Shown one piece after another: positions 50,044 through 62,220 of a DNA stretch of 64,000 nucleotides (position 1 is its first letter; each line of letters starts with the position of its first letter). Source of the stretch: Octopus bimaculoides (lineage: Eukaryota). Position numbers and translations under genes: made by a program. Under the pieces are notes generated by a model that worked only from the letters and a program-made list of their open reading frames with translations, had not been told where the DNA came from and searched no databases. The DNA lies in assembly GCF_001194135.2 (NCBI RefSeq), contig NC_068983.1:163925968-163989967 (forward strand), given 5' to 3'.

Positions 50044-50101
50044 GAAGACGAAGAAGAAGAAGAAGAAGAAGAAAAAGAAGAAGAAGAAGAAGAAGAAGAA
50101 G
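50044..50101. repeat. (GAA)n repeat following (CA)n
   Basis: Direct reading. Confidence 0.95.
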
Positions 50102-50328
50102 AGTGACTGTTGCAAATCAGCCACAGTGCCTAATACTCCAACTTCTTTTCATTTTAAATCTTGTTTATTAGGTTATTGCTAAAAATAACGCTTAAAAACC
50201 TGGCTTTTGACGACTGGCTTCCAATATGGCGAATCTTCTTTTGTATTCCAGAAAGATGGGAGAAAAAATTATGTTGTTTGCAGGTTATTTGTTGTTTGAA
50301 AATATATTTATATATTAAAAAAGTGTTT

Positions 50329-50391
<63 letters not shown>

Positions 50392-50635
50392 TAGGTAGGA
50401 GGGTATGTAAGTGGGTAGGTAAGTACGAACGTATACATAGGAGGTAATATTACTTGGAATCGAACGTAAACAAGTTCAAAAGCGATTTGTTTGTATTGGA
50501 CCCTCTCCTGTTGAGTTCAAATAAGTTTTACGATATCGCGAAGAATTATTATTTATTCTGCATTGTCTCACTTCGAGTGGTTGTCAAAAATAGGCAACAG
50601 TTCATTACATAAAAAGTTGTTATTAATAATAGATC

Positions 50636-50851
50636 CGCGGCGAGCAGACAGAGTCGTTAGCACGTCCGGTAAGATCCTTATCGCCATTTCCTCTGTCTCC
50701 ACGTTCTGTCTTCAAATTCCACCGGTGTCGACTTTGCCTTGCATCCTTTCGGGGTCGATAAATTAAATATCAGTTAAATACTGGGGTCGATATAATCGAC
50801 CAGTCCCCACCCCCAAAATTTCAGGTTTTAAACCTTTAATACAAAGGATTA
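50636..50851 (+). mobile_element. SINE family C
   Basis: cgcggcgagc...gtcgactttgccttgcatcctttcggggtcgataaattaa. Confidence 0.82.
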
Positions 50852-51329
50852 AAAATAAATCTGCGCCATAACCGGGGAAGATTAACGTCATACATTTAAA
50901 ACCATATCACCGTTGCTCAGCTAAATTTGTGTCTTGGAAAATTCAGCGGAGACAGTGGCATAGGTAATAAGGGAGTAAGGGGTGAGACCGCTCCACCCAC
51001 CCCAAGTGCATTTTTTTAAAATTGGCACCTTTTCAACCATTAAAAAAAACATTTCTTTAGTTCACTTCAGGAATAAAAGTCGAATCACTTTTTTTTTTTT
51101 GCTCATCCCATGGCCGTGGAAGAAACTTCTGGTGTCATTATTTTATTTGACCAACCTTCTGCGTATTTGAATTGTCTGCTCAATCGCCCATGATGTGTTG
51201 GTGGCCACTAACATCTGAAGAATTAGACGTCACAACCTCGGGACATTGTGATGGAAACTTGAAACTAATGAAGGGAGAACACAATTACGTATATTAATTA
51301 ATAATGAAAGATTTTACAAAATATAAGCG

Positions 51330-51720
51330 ATTTATATTTACAATTGTATTATGTTTACAATTCACGCAAGACAAGGCCCCGATACAATGCGTCCCCTACA
51401 AAGGTGGAGATCACATCACATAGGAAAACTGCGACACAATTTCTTCACTGCAAATGGTCCTGGATTTTTCAATGTAATCCCGAAAGAAATTCAAGTCGAA
51501 AAAGATCCCACAACATTCGAATGGCACCTGGACAAATTCCTCCTTGAAATACCGGATAAACCACCTACGCCTGGATACGTCTCAACCAACAACTCTCTGC
51601 TTGAGTGGCCCATGGTGTCCCGAAATAATCATTTAAAAGACTTTTCCAGGTGGTGCTATTGAGTTGGTCATGGCTTGGGCTGATAATGGCCGAACCAAAT
51701 CTCTAAGTTATCTAAGTTAC
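51330..51720 (+). mobile_element. L2/CR1-like LINE 3' end
   Basis: HNFFTANGPGFFNVIPKEIQVEKDPTTFEWHLDKFLLEIPDKPPTPGY; ends in a short tandem tail (ctaagtta)x2. Confidence 0.75.
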
Positions 51721-52989
51721 GTGTCACAACGCCTTTTTTTTTTAAGTGCTCGATCTCACTAACTTTAGAACCTGGCCTCTGACTGGAGATTGGAGAAATT
51801 GATCATTGAAACATTTACATTGCTTCCTGTAACCATTACTGTGTTGTATCAGGGACAGTGTTACTGATATTTGCACAGGCTCGTCCATTTTGCAATAAAT
51901 TGTAATCCTGTAGATGTTCTATTCCGAGAACATTCATACAACTGAAGATCTCTTCCGTTTTTAAACATGGTTCATTCCGTGATATGTTAATCTTGCAATG
52001 AATGACTACTTTAATTCCATTGTTAGAAATAAATCTACTTTATCATTTCAGATTGTGAGAACACATTACATAGAATTGAACAAAATACTGTTATTGTTAT
52101 ATGCATTAATATTGTACATTGACAAACATTTCTAAATAGAAAGTTCAGTTATGCACACACAATAAAACAATTCGCACAGCCATCTGTATATATATATATA
52201 TATNNNNNNNNNNNNNNNNNNNNNNNNNNNNNNNNNNNNNNNNNNNNNNNNNNNNNNNNNNNNNNNNNNNNNNNNNNNNNNNNNNNNNNNNNNNNNNNNN
52301 NNNNNNNNNNNNNNNNNNNNNNNNNNNNNNNNNNNNNNNNNNNNNNNNNNNNNNNNNNNNNNNNNNNNNNNNNNNNNNNNNNNNNNNNNNNNNNNNNNNN
52401 NNNNNNNNNNNNNNNNNNNNNNNNNNNNNNNNNNNNNNNNNNNNNNNNNNNNNNNNNNNNNNNNNNNNNNNNNNNNNNNNNNNNNNNNNNNNNNNNNNNN
52501 NNNNNNNNNNNNNNNNNNNNNNNNNNNNNNNNNNNNNNNNNNNNNNNNNNNNNNNNNNNNNNNNNNNNNNNNNNNNNNNNNNNNNNNNNNNNNNNNNNNN
52601 NNNNNNNNNNNNNNNNNNNNNNNNNNNNNNNNNNNNNNNNNNNNNNNNNNNNNNNNNNNNNNNNNNNNNNNNNNNNNNNNNNNNNNNNNNNNNNNNNNNN
52701 NNNNNNNNNNNNNNNNNNNNNNNNNNNNNNNNNNNNNNNNNNNNNNNNNNNNNNNNNNNNNNNNNNNNNNNNNNNNNNNNNNNNNNNNNNNNNNNNNNNN
52801 NNNNNNNNNNNNNNNNNNNNNNNNNNNNNNNNNNNNNNNNNNNNNNNNNNNNNNNNNNNNNNNNNNNNNNNNNNNNNNNNNNNNNNNNNNNNNNNNNNNN
52901 NNNNNNNNNNNNNNNNNNNNNNNNNNNNNNNNNNNNNNNNNNNNNNNNNNNNNNNNNNNNNNNNNNNNNNNNNNNNNNNNNNNNTATTT

Positions 52990-53039
52990 GGCTTTGAGAA
53001 GCCTTATTTCTCAAGATTGGTATTTAGGTAGTGCGTTAC
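52990..53039 (-). mobile_element. Short fragment of the 38.4-kb RLE family (rest lost in gap)
   Basis: tttgagaagcc.tatttctcaagattggtatttaggtagtgcgttac, reverse complement of ~39412-39460. Confidence 0.75.
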
Positions 53040-53295
53040 GTTAGTATGTATGTATGTATGTATGTATGTATGTATGCATGCATGTATGTATGTATGTATG
53101 TATGTATGTATATACGGTCTGACGAAGGAAGCATGCCGAAAATTTGTAGTTATTTTCCACCATTGCCATGTAAAAGTCTAATAAGCAAGTATCCTACGAA
53201 ATGTATTCAGTTAAAGTCAAATATTTTGATACATACGTTGACATAAAAACAAGCATTAATATTCACAAACATACACACAGACTCACATGCATACA

Positions 53296-53327
<32 letters not shown>

Positions 53328-54444
53328 AGCGATAAATAGATATAAGTATTATTTTATGCGAATTTACATGTATTACAATTAACTATTTCTCATAATGTCT
53401 CATTCATACAAAGAAATGAATGGGCAGTGTGTGTCTTGAGTTATCCAATTCGCCTTTCAGCTTTTCGAAGTCGATGCACAAATTTCCATTCCACTAATAG
53501 GGTTGGTGCCTATCTTTCTTTCTTTCACTTCCCCCTCTCTCTCCCTTTCCGATAGAAAGCATCAGTGGTCGGACCTCGAGGCTGATAAACTCTGCTAGGT
53601 TTAGATGCCCGAGACTACCGTATGTCACGTTGGCACCACTTCAATACCATTAGCAGGTGTTAAGAGCCTAAAGCAACCGACACATTTCATCTAATATCTT
53701 CCAAACAATTCTATTGAATCTAACATAGTTATTCCAAAAAGGGCAATAAGTATTTAGATAAAATGTTTATCTAAAGATTTCTAATTAAATCGTTCCCTAA
53801 ACTAATTTAAATCGTTCCTTAAACTAATTTTTCAGTGAAACCGATAGTCTTCGGAAACTGAATTACAAGCAGTAAATAGTTTTGCATCATAAAACATCGA
53901 CTCTGAAATCCATCAATTGTTTAACAGGCAACTTCATCTACAGTAAATATTAAATGTAGATTGTTGCTTAAGGTTTTTATACTATTAATGTAAACTGCTT
54001 TTGTTGCAATACTTTGTGTACAGCTAAACCTAATTTAACATTATTTCTATTTAGAATAAATATTCCCGAGTCTTCGTTTAATATTCATCTAATAAGTAAA
54101 AGAGGTCCTAAACAATACGTAAAACTTATATTTATATGAAATGAGGCAGTGAACCAAGTAATTTTAAGTTTTTTATGTTTGTGTCCGATAATTGATATTA
54201 TATATACGACTAGTTTTATGCTTAAACCGGCATTGTTTGTAAGTTTTATTGTTATAAGGGGTTATGTTATTGAAGAAAGCTCTCTTGGATCAAATATTGG
54301 ATAACAGTAAAGTAATAGTTTTTCATGCTTAATTAGCAATTATGTCGCTGAATGATTTGGGTATCATTATATATATATAATATTTATAAACAAACCAGAA
54401 GGCTTTGTAAGTTATTATGATATATTATTATAGCTATTATTGTT

Positions 54445-54491
<47 letters not shown>

Positions 54492-54504
54492 TTATTTATA
54501 TATA

Positions 54505-56343
54505 CAGTATCTCACAGATGTATGTACACCCCTAAAATATTTCAGTAAAATTGCCATTACTCTGATAATATCGAAAGAAACCAAACGAAATTTATCCCGA
54601 ATAAAATATATTATACAAGCAAACATACAAATTTGGAATACAAAACAATAAATATTTTTAAAGATATGAACGAAAGATTAATTTTCAAACGATACAGAAT
54701 ATGTACATCCAATAGGGTTATTTGTTATATTCAGTATTTGGTGTGACCGCCCTTGCTTTCAATGACTGCATTAAGTCCTCTGGGCAAAGAGTCGACTACG
54801 TTTCCGCATATAACCGATGAAATCGGCCTCCATTCATTCTGAATGATATTTTTCAACTGTGTTACATTGCGGGTTTTTTTTTCTTCAACTTTCCTTTTCA
54901 AAACACCCCACAGATGTTCTATTGGGCTTATATCAAGTGACATGGTAGGCCAAAGCAATACCTTTGTCTTTTTTATCTGATAAAAACTTAGTCGTTTCCT
55001 TTGAAGTGTATTTAGGGTCATTATCATGCTGGAACATGGATTGTCTTCTTAGTTCCTTGATGCTTTTCAACATTGTTTTCTGCGATATGTCACAATAAGG
55101 CTTTGAATACATTATTCTCTCAATAAATGTGAGTCCTCACACACCAGCCACACTCATGCATCTCCAAAGCATTACACTTTCGCGGCCGTGTTTCGCGGTA
55201 GGTACGGTGCATTTGTCGCTGTTATCTTCACCTGGTCGTTGCCATACTCATTTAATACCATCTAAATCAAACAAGTTGATTTTAGTCTCGTTAGAAAAAA
55301 GAATTTTTATTCCAAAACTCCTTACCCTTACTCACATAGGTTTCGGCAAAAGAAAGACGACTTGATTTATGCCTGGTAGTGAGGAGAGGCTTCCTACGAG
55401 GAATGCGTCCATGAAGACCACACTGTTTCAAACGTCGGTGAACTGTTTGGACGGATACACTCTTTCGACAAAAGAAAGACAATTGTTGGGCCAAAGATGA
55501 AGCAGTACGACGCCTGTCGTCCATCACGCAACGTTCGATGTGGCGAATATCACGCGCAGTTAAAATAGAAGGACGACCTGGACGATGTTTATTGCTTAGC
55601 CGTCCAATAGCTTTGTAGTTCTGAGTAACTTTAATAACTGTTTACGCTAATACGTATTCGTTTTTCTAATTAATTTGTATCCTAAACAATTCTTGAGCAA
55701 ATTAAAAATAATTTTCTTCAAATCTTCAAACAATTCTTTTCTTTTTGATGCCATTTTAATCACAATGAAGAAGATTTTCACCACGGTACACAAATCAGAA
55801 TTCCTGCAGATGCAGTAACAATAACCGGTGCAAAAATGCTAGGAGAAATTATTTATTAGAATTGAAATTATCAGCGAAATCTAAATTTAGTAAAAAAATA
55901 AATAGATGAAACATTGAATATAACAAATTTCCTTTCAGATGTACATATTTTTGTATNNNNNNNNNNNNNNNNNNNNNNNNNNNNNNNNNNNNNNNNNNNN
56001 NNNNNNNNNNNNNNNNNNNNNNNNNNNNNNNNNNNNNNNNNNNNNNNTTTATTAGAATTGAAATTATCAGCGAAATCTAAATTTAGTAAAAAAATAAATA
56101 GATGAAACATTGAATATAACAAATTTCCTTTCAGATGTACATATTTTTGTATCGCTTGAAAATTAATATTTCGTTCATATCTTTAAAACCGTTTAATGTT
56201 TTATGTTCTAAATTTGTGTAATGTTTGCATGTATAATATATTTTATTCGGTATAAATTACGTTTGATTTTCTTCCATATTATCAGAGTAACCGCAATTTT
56301 ACTGAAATTTTTTTAGGGGTATACATACTTCTGTGAGATATTG
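54505..56343 (-). mobile_element. Near-complete Tc1-family DNA transposon with ~210-bp IR/DR ends
   Basis: TA|CAGTATCTCACAG... and ...CTGTGAGATATTG|TA. Arms 54505-54709 and 56134-56343 are diverged reverse complements. About 1.64 kb after removing the gap and the 105-bp overlap artefact. Confidence 0.93.
54731..55754 (-). pseudogene. Tc1 (DD34E) transposase pseudogene
   Basis: MASKRKELFEDLKK..., VQTVHRRLKQCGLHGRIPRRKPLL, FSNETK (first D changed to N), FQHDNDPKY, SLDISPIEHLWGVLK, ...GGHTKY*; stops and frameshifts. Confidence 0.92.
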
Positions 56344-56367
56344 TATATGTATATACATGTGTATGCC

Positions 56368-56760
56368 TTACTTCAAGATTTCTTGCCAATAGAGAAAGAA
56401 CCGGTTCCTAACCTAGATTCAAGGTGCCTTCATTGGAATTTCAACATCAATAACAGGATATTTTTGCTTGTATGTATGTATGTATGTATGTATGTATGTA
56501 TGTATGTATGTATGTATGTATGTATGTATGTATGCATGTATGTATGTGTGTATGTATGTTTTGCTTTATGTATGTATTCTCATGCATAAAGTTACATATC
56601 TAGACATGCTCATATATATTTAAATGATAAACTTCTGGAAAGTTTTACAGATTTTTACAGTTCCAGTGATGGATTGGATCTGTAGTCTTCGAATTAGCTT
56701 TCACCTTTGTGGTTTTGAGAAGCCTAATTTCTCAAGATTGGTATTTAGGTAGTGTGTTAC
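56368..56760 (-). mobile_element. Short 3'-end copy of the 38.4-kb RLE family
   Basis: Reverse complement matches 39412-39775, including the internal (CATA)n and terminal GGTTAG.AACCGGTTCTTTCTCTATT. Confidence 0.88.
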
Positions 56761-58105
56761 GTATGTATGTATGTATGTATGTATGTGTGTATGTATTATG
56801 TATGTATGTATGTGCGTGTGAGTGTGTGAGTCTGTGTGTTTAGCTTTGCATTTAGTTTCTTAAAAGATGGAAAGTTGTTGTAAAGCTAAGGTTATATTTA
56901 GAAAATTAAACTCAAATATTGATACTAGAATGGATAGATATATTCATTACATCAAAATTCGATTGTTTTCACAAAGTGTTACTCTAGGCTGGGCTGTAGG
57001 TCGATCTCAACTGGAGATTTTAAGTTTAAATATATCAAGGAAATCTCTTCTGTTCTGTGGCTTTGATGATGGCCAAAACATTCAGGGTATAATGATATCT
57101 ATCCAGATATTTTCTCATAAGTATATTTATGAAGATATTTTTTGAGTGGATATGCATGTAAACCAGTAAATATATGTTTACATTATTAATGGGGCAGTTG
57201 ACAAATGTATGTACCATGAATCCGTGTGTAAATTGCTTTTCTAAACAAGTATTTACTGAAAGAAAGCCCAGGTTATGCCGGTTGTATATTTAGTCTCTGC
57301 TTCACTGCATCTGTTGTTTATACGGGAATAGGCGGTCTCAGAACTGATAGATAATGTTGATTCATAATGCACAAACTCACTTTGCAGACAATTTTATTGC
57401 GGAAGCTTATTGGTGAACCTCTCCCCTGATGAATCAGAAAAAAAAAGCATAATTATTTAATGGCATTCTAAATTTTTTCAACTCGGTTTCACAATGCTTT
57501 ATATATTATACCACTTTCATAATATTAAATCAGAGTTGGAGTAAATTTATATCACGATGAATTTATCAGCTTTACATGAGAATCGGACAAAGATCCGTTT
57601 CCAAGTTGATTCCCTAAAAGATTATTTGAACGCAGTTTCATCCATATCACAGTCGAGAACAAGTTACAAAAATTTCTCTCACTTCGTCACACAATTTCCT
57701 TATATTTCCTACCATAAATAGCAAATTTACCATCTACCATTTTGTTTGGCTTCACAAATACTATACTTCGTACCTTCTACAGACACACGAGTAATTCCAT
57801 CGGTGCCATTAGCAAATTCAATGAATATGATTCCTGGTCTTTTATCTCTTCGCTTCTATTTTTGTCCTCTTACTTGACAATCTAGTGCCATCAAGTCATG
57901 GTAGTCTGTTCCAAATGCTTCCAGCAGATCGAGTTTCGCTAAATTCAGCCAAGGGGCGGAAGGAATGTGATGTACCTAATATCTTCAAAAATGAAGGGGA
58001 AAGCAAGCGGCCCTGCCGTATACAAGACTATATGTAAAGTAGGAAACGAAATTTACGCACACATTCGCACACGACAAGGTAGCCCAAAACCTTCACTTGC
58101 TACTA

Positions 58106-58736
58106 TGCCGGAAGTATTTGCTCTTGCCGGAAGTATTTGCTCTTGCCGGAAGTATGGATGCGAAGTTACGGGTACTTGATACCAACGTACACCGGAAAAG
58201 GTAACGCACGAAAACGGGAAGGCAAAGATCCTTTGTGACTTTGACTTCCAGACGGACAAGGTGTTAGTGCACAGTAACTCGGATATAGTAACCTTTAGGA
58301 AGGACAAACAAGAGTTCCTAATGATCGACGCGGCAGTGCCTGGAGATCAACATCTCATCATGAAAGAAAGAGAAGAGGTTGACAAATATGGAGAGCTGAG
58401 AATTGGGGTTGCCGAGATATGACAACTGCGAGAGCGAAACGTAAAGGTTGTCCCTGTAGTCATCGGAGCATTGGAATCGGAATATTGAAATACCACCCAA
58501 CCTGAAAAAAATATCTGGACATTTTAGAAATACCCTACAATGATGGTGTATTGCAAAAGTCGGCTTTACTTGGATCTGCACGCGTACTGCGTAAAGTACT
58601 GTCTGTCTGAGGTACTTGTTGTGACTTGACAGACAATACAAACCCAAACCTCCGGTAGACACAATATCTTCAATCTACAACATCACAATATTGGATATGG
58701 TGCGACGTCTTCAATAAATAATAATAATACTAATAA
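58106..58736 (+). mobile_element. 5'-truncated RLE-type LINE (third family) with (AAT)n tail
   Basis: LCRKYGCEVT..YQRTPEKV...DFQTDKVLVHSNSDIV...MIDAAVPGD...VPVVIGAL...QKSALLGSARVLRKVLSV*. Confidence 0.85.
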
Positions 58737-59718
58737 GAGTAATACAAAAATAAGTGCAATAACGTTAGAAGAGAATTGAAAAGTGAGAGAAGTCTTCATT
58801 GCATAACTTCCTTGTTTTACTGCTTCGTCTGTTTTAGCTTTTTGTCAGTTTTCAATTCATTAAGTTACGCATGCGTGCATTTATATGCATGTGTGTAAAC
58901 GTATGTGTAAGTTATTCTTGTTTTGCTTAATATAACCTATTGTATTCTCCTGCTGCTTCTTAATCTCTATTATCTGCCTGTTCTTCATCATTTTTTTACT
59001 ATTTCTTCTATTTTTAATCTCTTCTTTATAATTTCCAATTTAATGCTTTTAATTTGTCTTATCGAAAAACAGCTTTTCTCGTTGCATTAACTTAAAACTT
59101 TTTATAGAACTTCACCAATTGTCTACTTCATCGTATTTAACTCGCTACCTTACTTTAAACATTGCTATGATTGCTGAACATTAAAATTTCCCTCTTAATA
59201 TAACTAGGTATCTCTAGCTTTCACACAAACATAAGCTTATATACAAACATATTTCGTGGATAATCCCTTGTACATAACTTATGACCATAATAAGCAACGA
59301 ACATTATTATCTCTTAGTAAATTAACTTTCCCTATTGCTTAAAGCTGGCATTGAACTCGTACATTCCATTCTCAAAACCATGTTGTCTTCGATAAATACT
59401 TCTACTTAATGACTGACGTTTTAGTGTCTGAGAAATATTAACTCGAGTTTCTCTTTTATTCTAATTCATAAATTTCAAATAATGTCTGATAATGTCTCCA
59501 TGCTATGAGACATTTTAAAGTCTTCTCCTTTCCATCATGAATTGTTATCATTTCGAGTTGTCTTCCTCCATTAATTCATATTCTAAACAATTTCATACAG
59601 CTCATTTCTTCTCAATGCTCACGGTCATATATTATAGCGCATATTTACATGCCTACCTTTTCGCTGTATGCCAATAATAAACACACGCACTGGTGTTATT
59701 TCACTTCTTGCATTATTT

Positions 59719-59918
59719 TTAGTCAATTGGTTAATCGGTTGACCAATTAAATAATCACTTGTTTATCTTATTGAGCGATCAATCAAACCTGAAGTAGAGA
59801 GGGAATGCCATTGATGCTGTCGTCATCGACGCTATCTTTGACAAACCTGGAGGATTGATTGGTCGACCAAGTGTTTAATTAAGCAATCGGTTAATTCGCT
59901 ACATGATCAATCGACTAA
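59719..59918. mobile_element. Degenerate fold-back MITE-like element
   Basis: TTAGTCAATTG / CAATCGACTAA ends (10 of 11 complementary), plus internal CACTTG/CAAGTG and ATCAATC/GATTGAT pairs. Confidence 0.45.
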
Positions 59919-60105
59919 TAATTATAATAAAAGGTGTGAAACAGAAGCAGATCGTGTGTTTATTATCGGCATAATGACCCTCCCGAGTTGCAACAAATTA
60001 TGTTTCAACACACACGTTCACATCAAGAATCTTGCAATCCAAATACAAAAATATGAGATATCTGTCGATTTTTCTGCTGTAATGGATTCCTAACATAGGA
60101 AACAA

Positions 60106-60456
60106 TGGCACTCCGTTGGTTGCAACGACGACGGATCCAGTTGATCCTGCACGTGAAATTAACGTGCAAGTGGTTGAGCACTCCACAGACACGTGTACAC
60201 TTAACATAGTTCTCGGGGGAGATTCAGCGTGACACAGAGTGTAACAATACAGGTACAACAGGAAGAAAGAGTGAGTGAAAGTTGTGGTGAAAGAGTACAG
60301 CAGCGTTCGCCACGACCCCCTGCCAAAGGATTGTGAAGCTTTAGGTGTTTTCGTTCAATGAACACTCACAACACCCGGTCTGGGAATAGAAACTGCGATC
60401 CTACGACCGCGAGTCCGCTGCCCTAACCACTGGGTCATTGGGCCATTGCGCCTCCG
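60106..60456 (-). mobile_element. SINE family A
   Basis: Reverse complement of 46304-46630. Confidence 0.9.
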
Positions 60457-60563
60457 CATAGAAAACATTAAACTTATATTCAATAACACATAATTCTAGC
60501 AATGAATATGTTTTTAGTTTTCTTTAATTGTTTTAACTAATTTGAAATAATTCCACGTTAACA

Positions 60564-60721
60564 AACTGGCAGAATCGTTAGCTAAGTTCTGAGTTCAAAT
60601 TCAGCCGTGGTCGACTTTGCCTTTCGTGTCGATAAAACAAACACCAGTTGCATGCTAAAGTCGACGTAATCGACGTACCCACTTCCTTTAGATTGCAGGT
60701 CTTGTGCCAAAATCTGAAACC
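60564..60721 (+). mobile_element. SINE family C (deleted)
   Basis: ctggcagaatcgttagc...gttctgagttcaaattc...ggtcgactttgccttt. Confidence 0.78.
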
Positions 60722-61304
60722 AACATACAAGAATTCCTGTATTTACATTCTCCAATATCCAGCCTGGCTTTATAAACTGGTTTCCCTATGAGATACAAAC
60801 TTCTCTTTTCATTTTCTTCTTAACTTAAAACAATCTCCGGTCTTAAACTCTTTCAAACATTCTACGTAAATGCAAATTCCTTTCTTTGCTCAATACCTCA
60901 TACAGAAATAATTTAATATACAAATCCCTAGCGTTTCCTAATTCTTCTTTAAGGATTTTTTTCTTAGATTTTAGAAACAACTAAATCGTAGGAAAACGGT
61001 TTTTACGACGATTCCCATGCTACGCAAAATTCCGCTTCTTGTTTCTTTCTATTTTCTCGCTATTAATGCAATTCTGCGTAGTTCCCAACAAATCATTTGT
61101 TTATGCATGTATGTGTAAGTGTGTGTGTTTATGCATGCATGCTATGTGTGTGTGAACGGGTTTAGTAAATTGCAAAAGTGACTAATGCGTACATAGACAC
61201 ACCAACATCATATTCCTTGATACAGGAATGCTATTTAACGCCTACATAAATGACAGTGTGACACACACACACACACACTGACCTCTGAAATCTACAAGTT
61301 GTTT

Positions 61305-61470
61305 TTCATTCTTTCTCTGTTTATTTTCTCTTATTATTTTCTGTCGAAGAGCGCAGGCTCGAATCGAAACGTAAAAGAGATTTTTTCATTTTCCCAACCG
61401 TCAAACTAATACACCTGCTTTTTGTTCATACACCTTTCTTCGTCTTTTGTTTTTCTATAAATTTCAACTA
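61305..61470 (+). mobile_element. Element E, sense to the host gene
   Basis: ctgtcgaagagcgcaggctc...aaactaatacacctgc...cttcgtcttttgtttttctataaattt, then microsatellite. Confidence 0.75.
61337..61377 (+). ncRNA. Hammerhead-like motif disrupted by a 5-nt duplication
   Basis: UUUU-CUGUCGA-A-GAGC(GCAG)GCUC-GAAUC-GAAAC-GUA-AAAG. Confidence 0.45.
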
Positions 61471-61472
61471 TG

Positions 61473-61543
<71 letters not shown>

Positions 61544-61561
61544 ACATACATACATATATAC

Positions 61562-61607
<46 letters not shown>

Positions 61608-62030
61608 GCTCACACACACACATGTAATATCTCCTACTTTTTATTTTTTACTTGTTTCAGTCATTAGAATATAGCAATGCTGGGGCACCACCTTGAAGAA
61701 TTTAAATATATATATACATATATATATATATATCTTACACTATTCACTATATCTCTCTCTCTCACTCCCCATCTTTCTTTCTCACACTCTTTCAATCTCA
61801 CCTTTTCTCCCTTCGCCCCTTCATTTCTTTACTTTCCCTCTCCTTCTGTCTACCACCCACATTATGATCCAGATTGTATCTCCCCTATCCTTCCATCTCA
61901 CTTTCCAAATATTTATTTTGCAATAAAACACTTACTGCGGAGAGACGATTTGAACACCCTGTATCTTGAATCCCGTTGTCACATTAACAAGGATCTGTGT
62001 GTGTTGGAATTTGTCAATATCTATCCCCAG

Positions 62031-62220
62031 TAAGGTGGCGAGATGGCAGAACCGTTACCACGGAGGACAAAGTGCTTAACAGCATTTCTTCCGACTTTAC
62101 GTTCTGAGTTCAAATGCTTCGGGTGTCGGCTCGGCCTTTTTGTGGGGCGAGGGAGGGGGGCGATGAAATTGACTTACATCCACCCCCTGAAATTGCTGGC
62201 CTTGAGCCAAAATTTGAAGC
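62031..62220 (+). mobile_element. SINE family C (diverged)
   Basis: ggtggcgagatggcagaaccgttacc...gttctgagttcaaat...gctggccttgagccaaaatttgaa. Confidence 0.7.

Larger units (their letters stand above)
6964..56047. other. Assembly gaps: 6964-7743, 12041-12050, 13652-14353, 22755-22815, 26458-26736, 31180-31279, 34380-34756, 40418-40552, 41053-41062, 43867-44147, 48117-~48683, 52204-52984, 55957-56047
   Basis: Runs of N; most abut microsatellites on at least one side. Confidence 0.97.

Noticed and set aside
55852-56152. Identical 105-bp direct repeat on both sides of gap 55957-56047
   Set aside because: Perfect identity flanking an N-gap indicates an unmerged contig overlap; removing it restores a normal ~1.64-kb Tc1.
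5112-61926. Numerous long ORFs of HT/CV/YI/X repeats in the ORF track
   Set aside because: Translations of (CA)n, (TA)n, (CATA)n and N-gaps.
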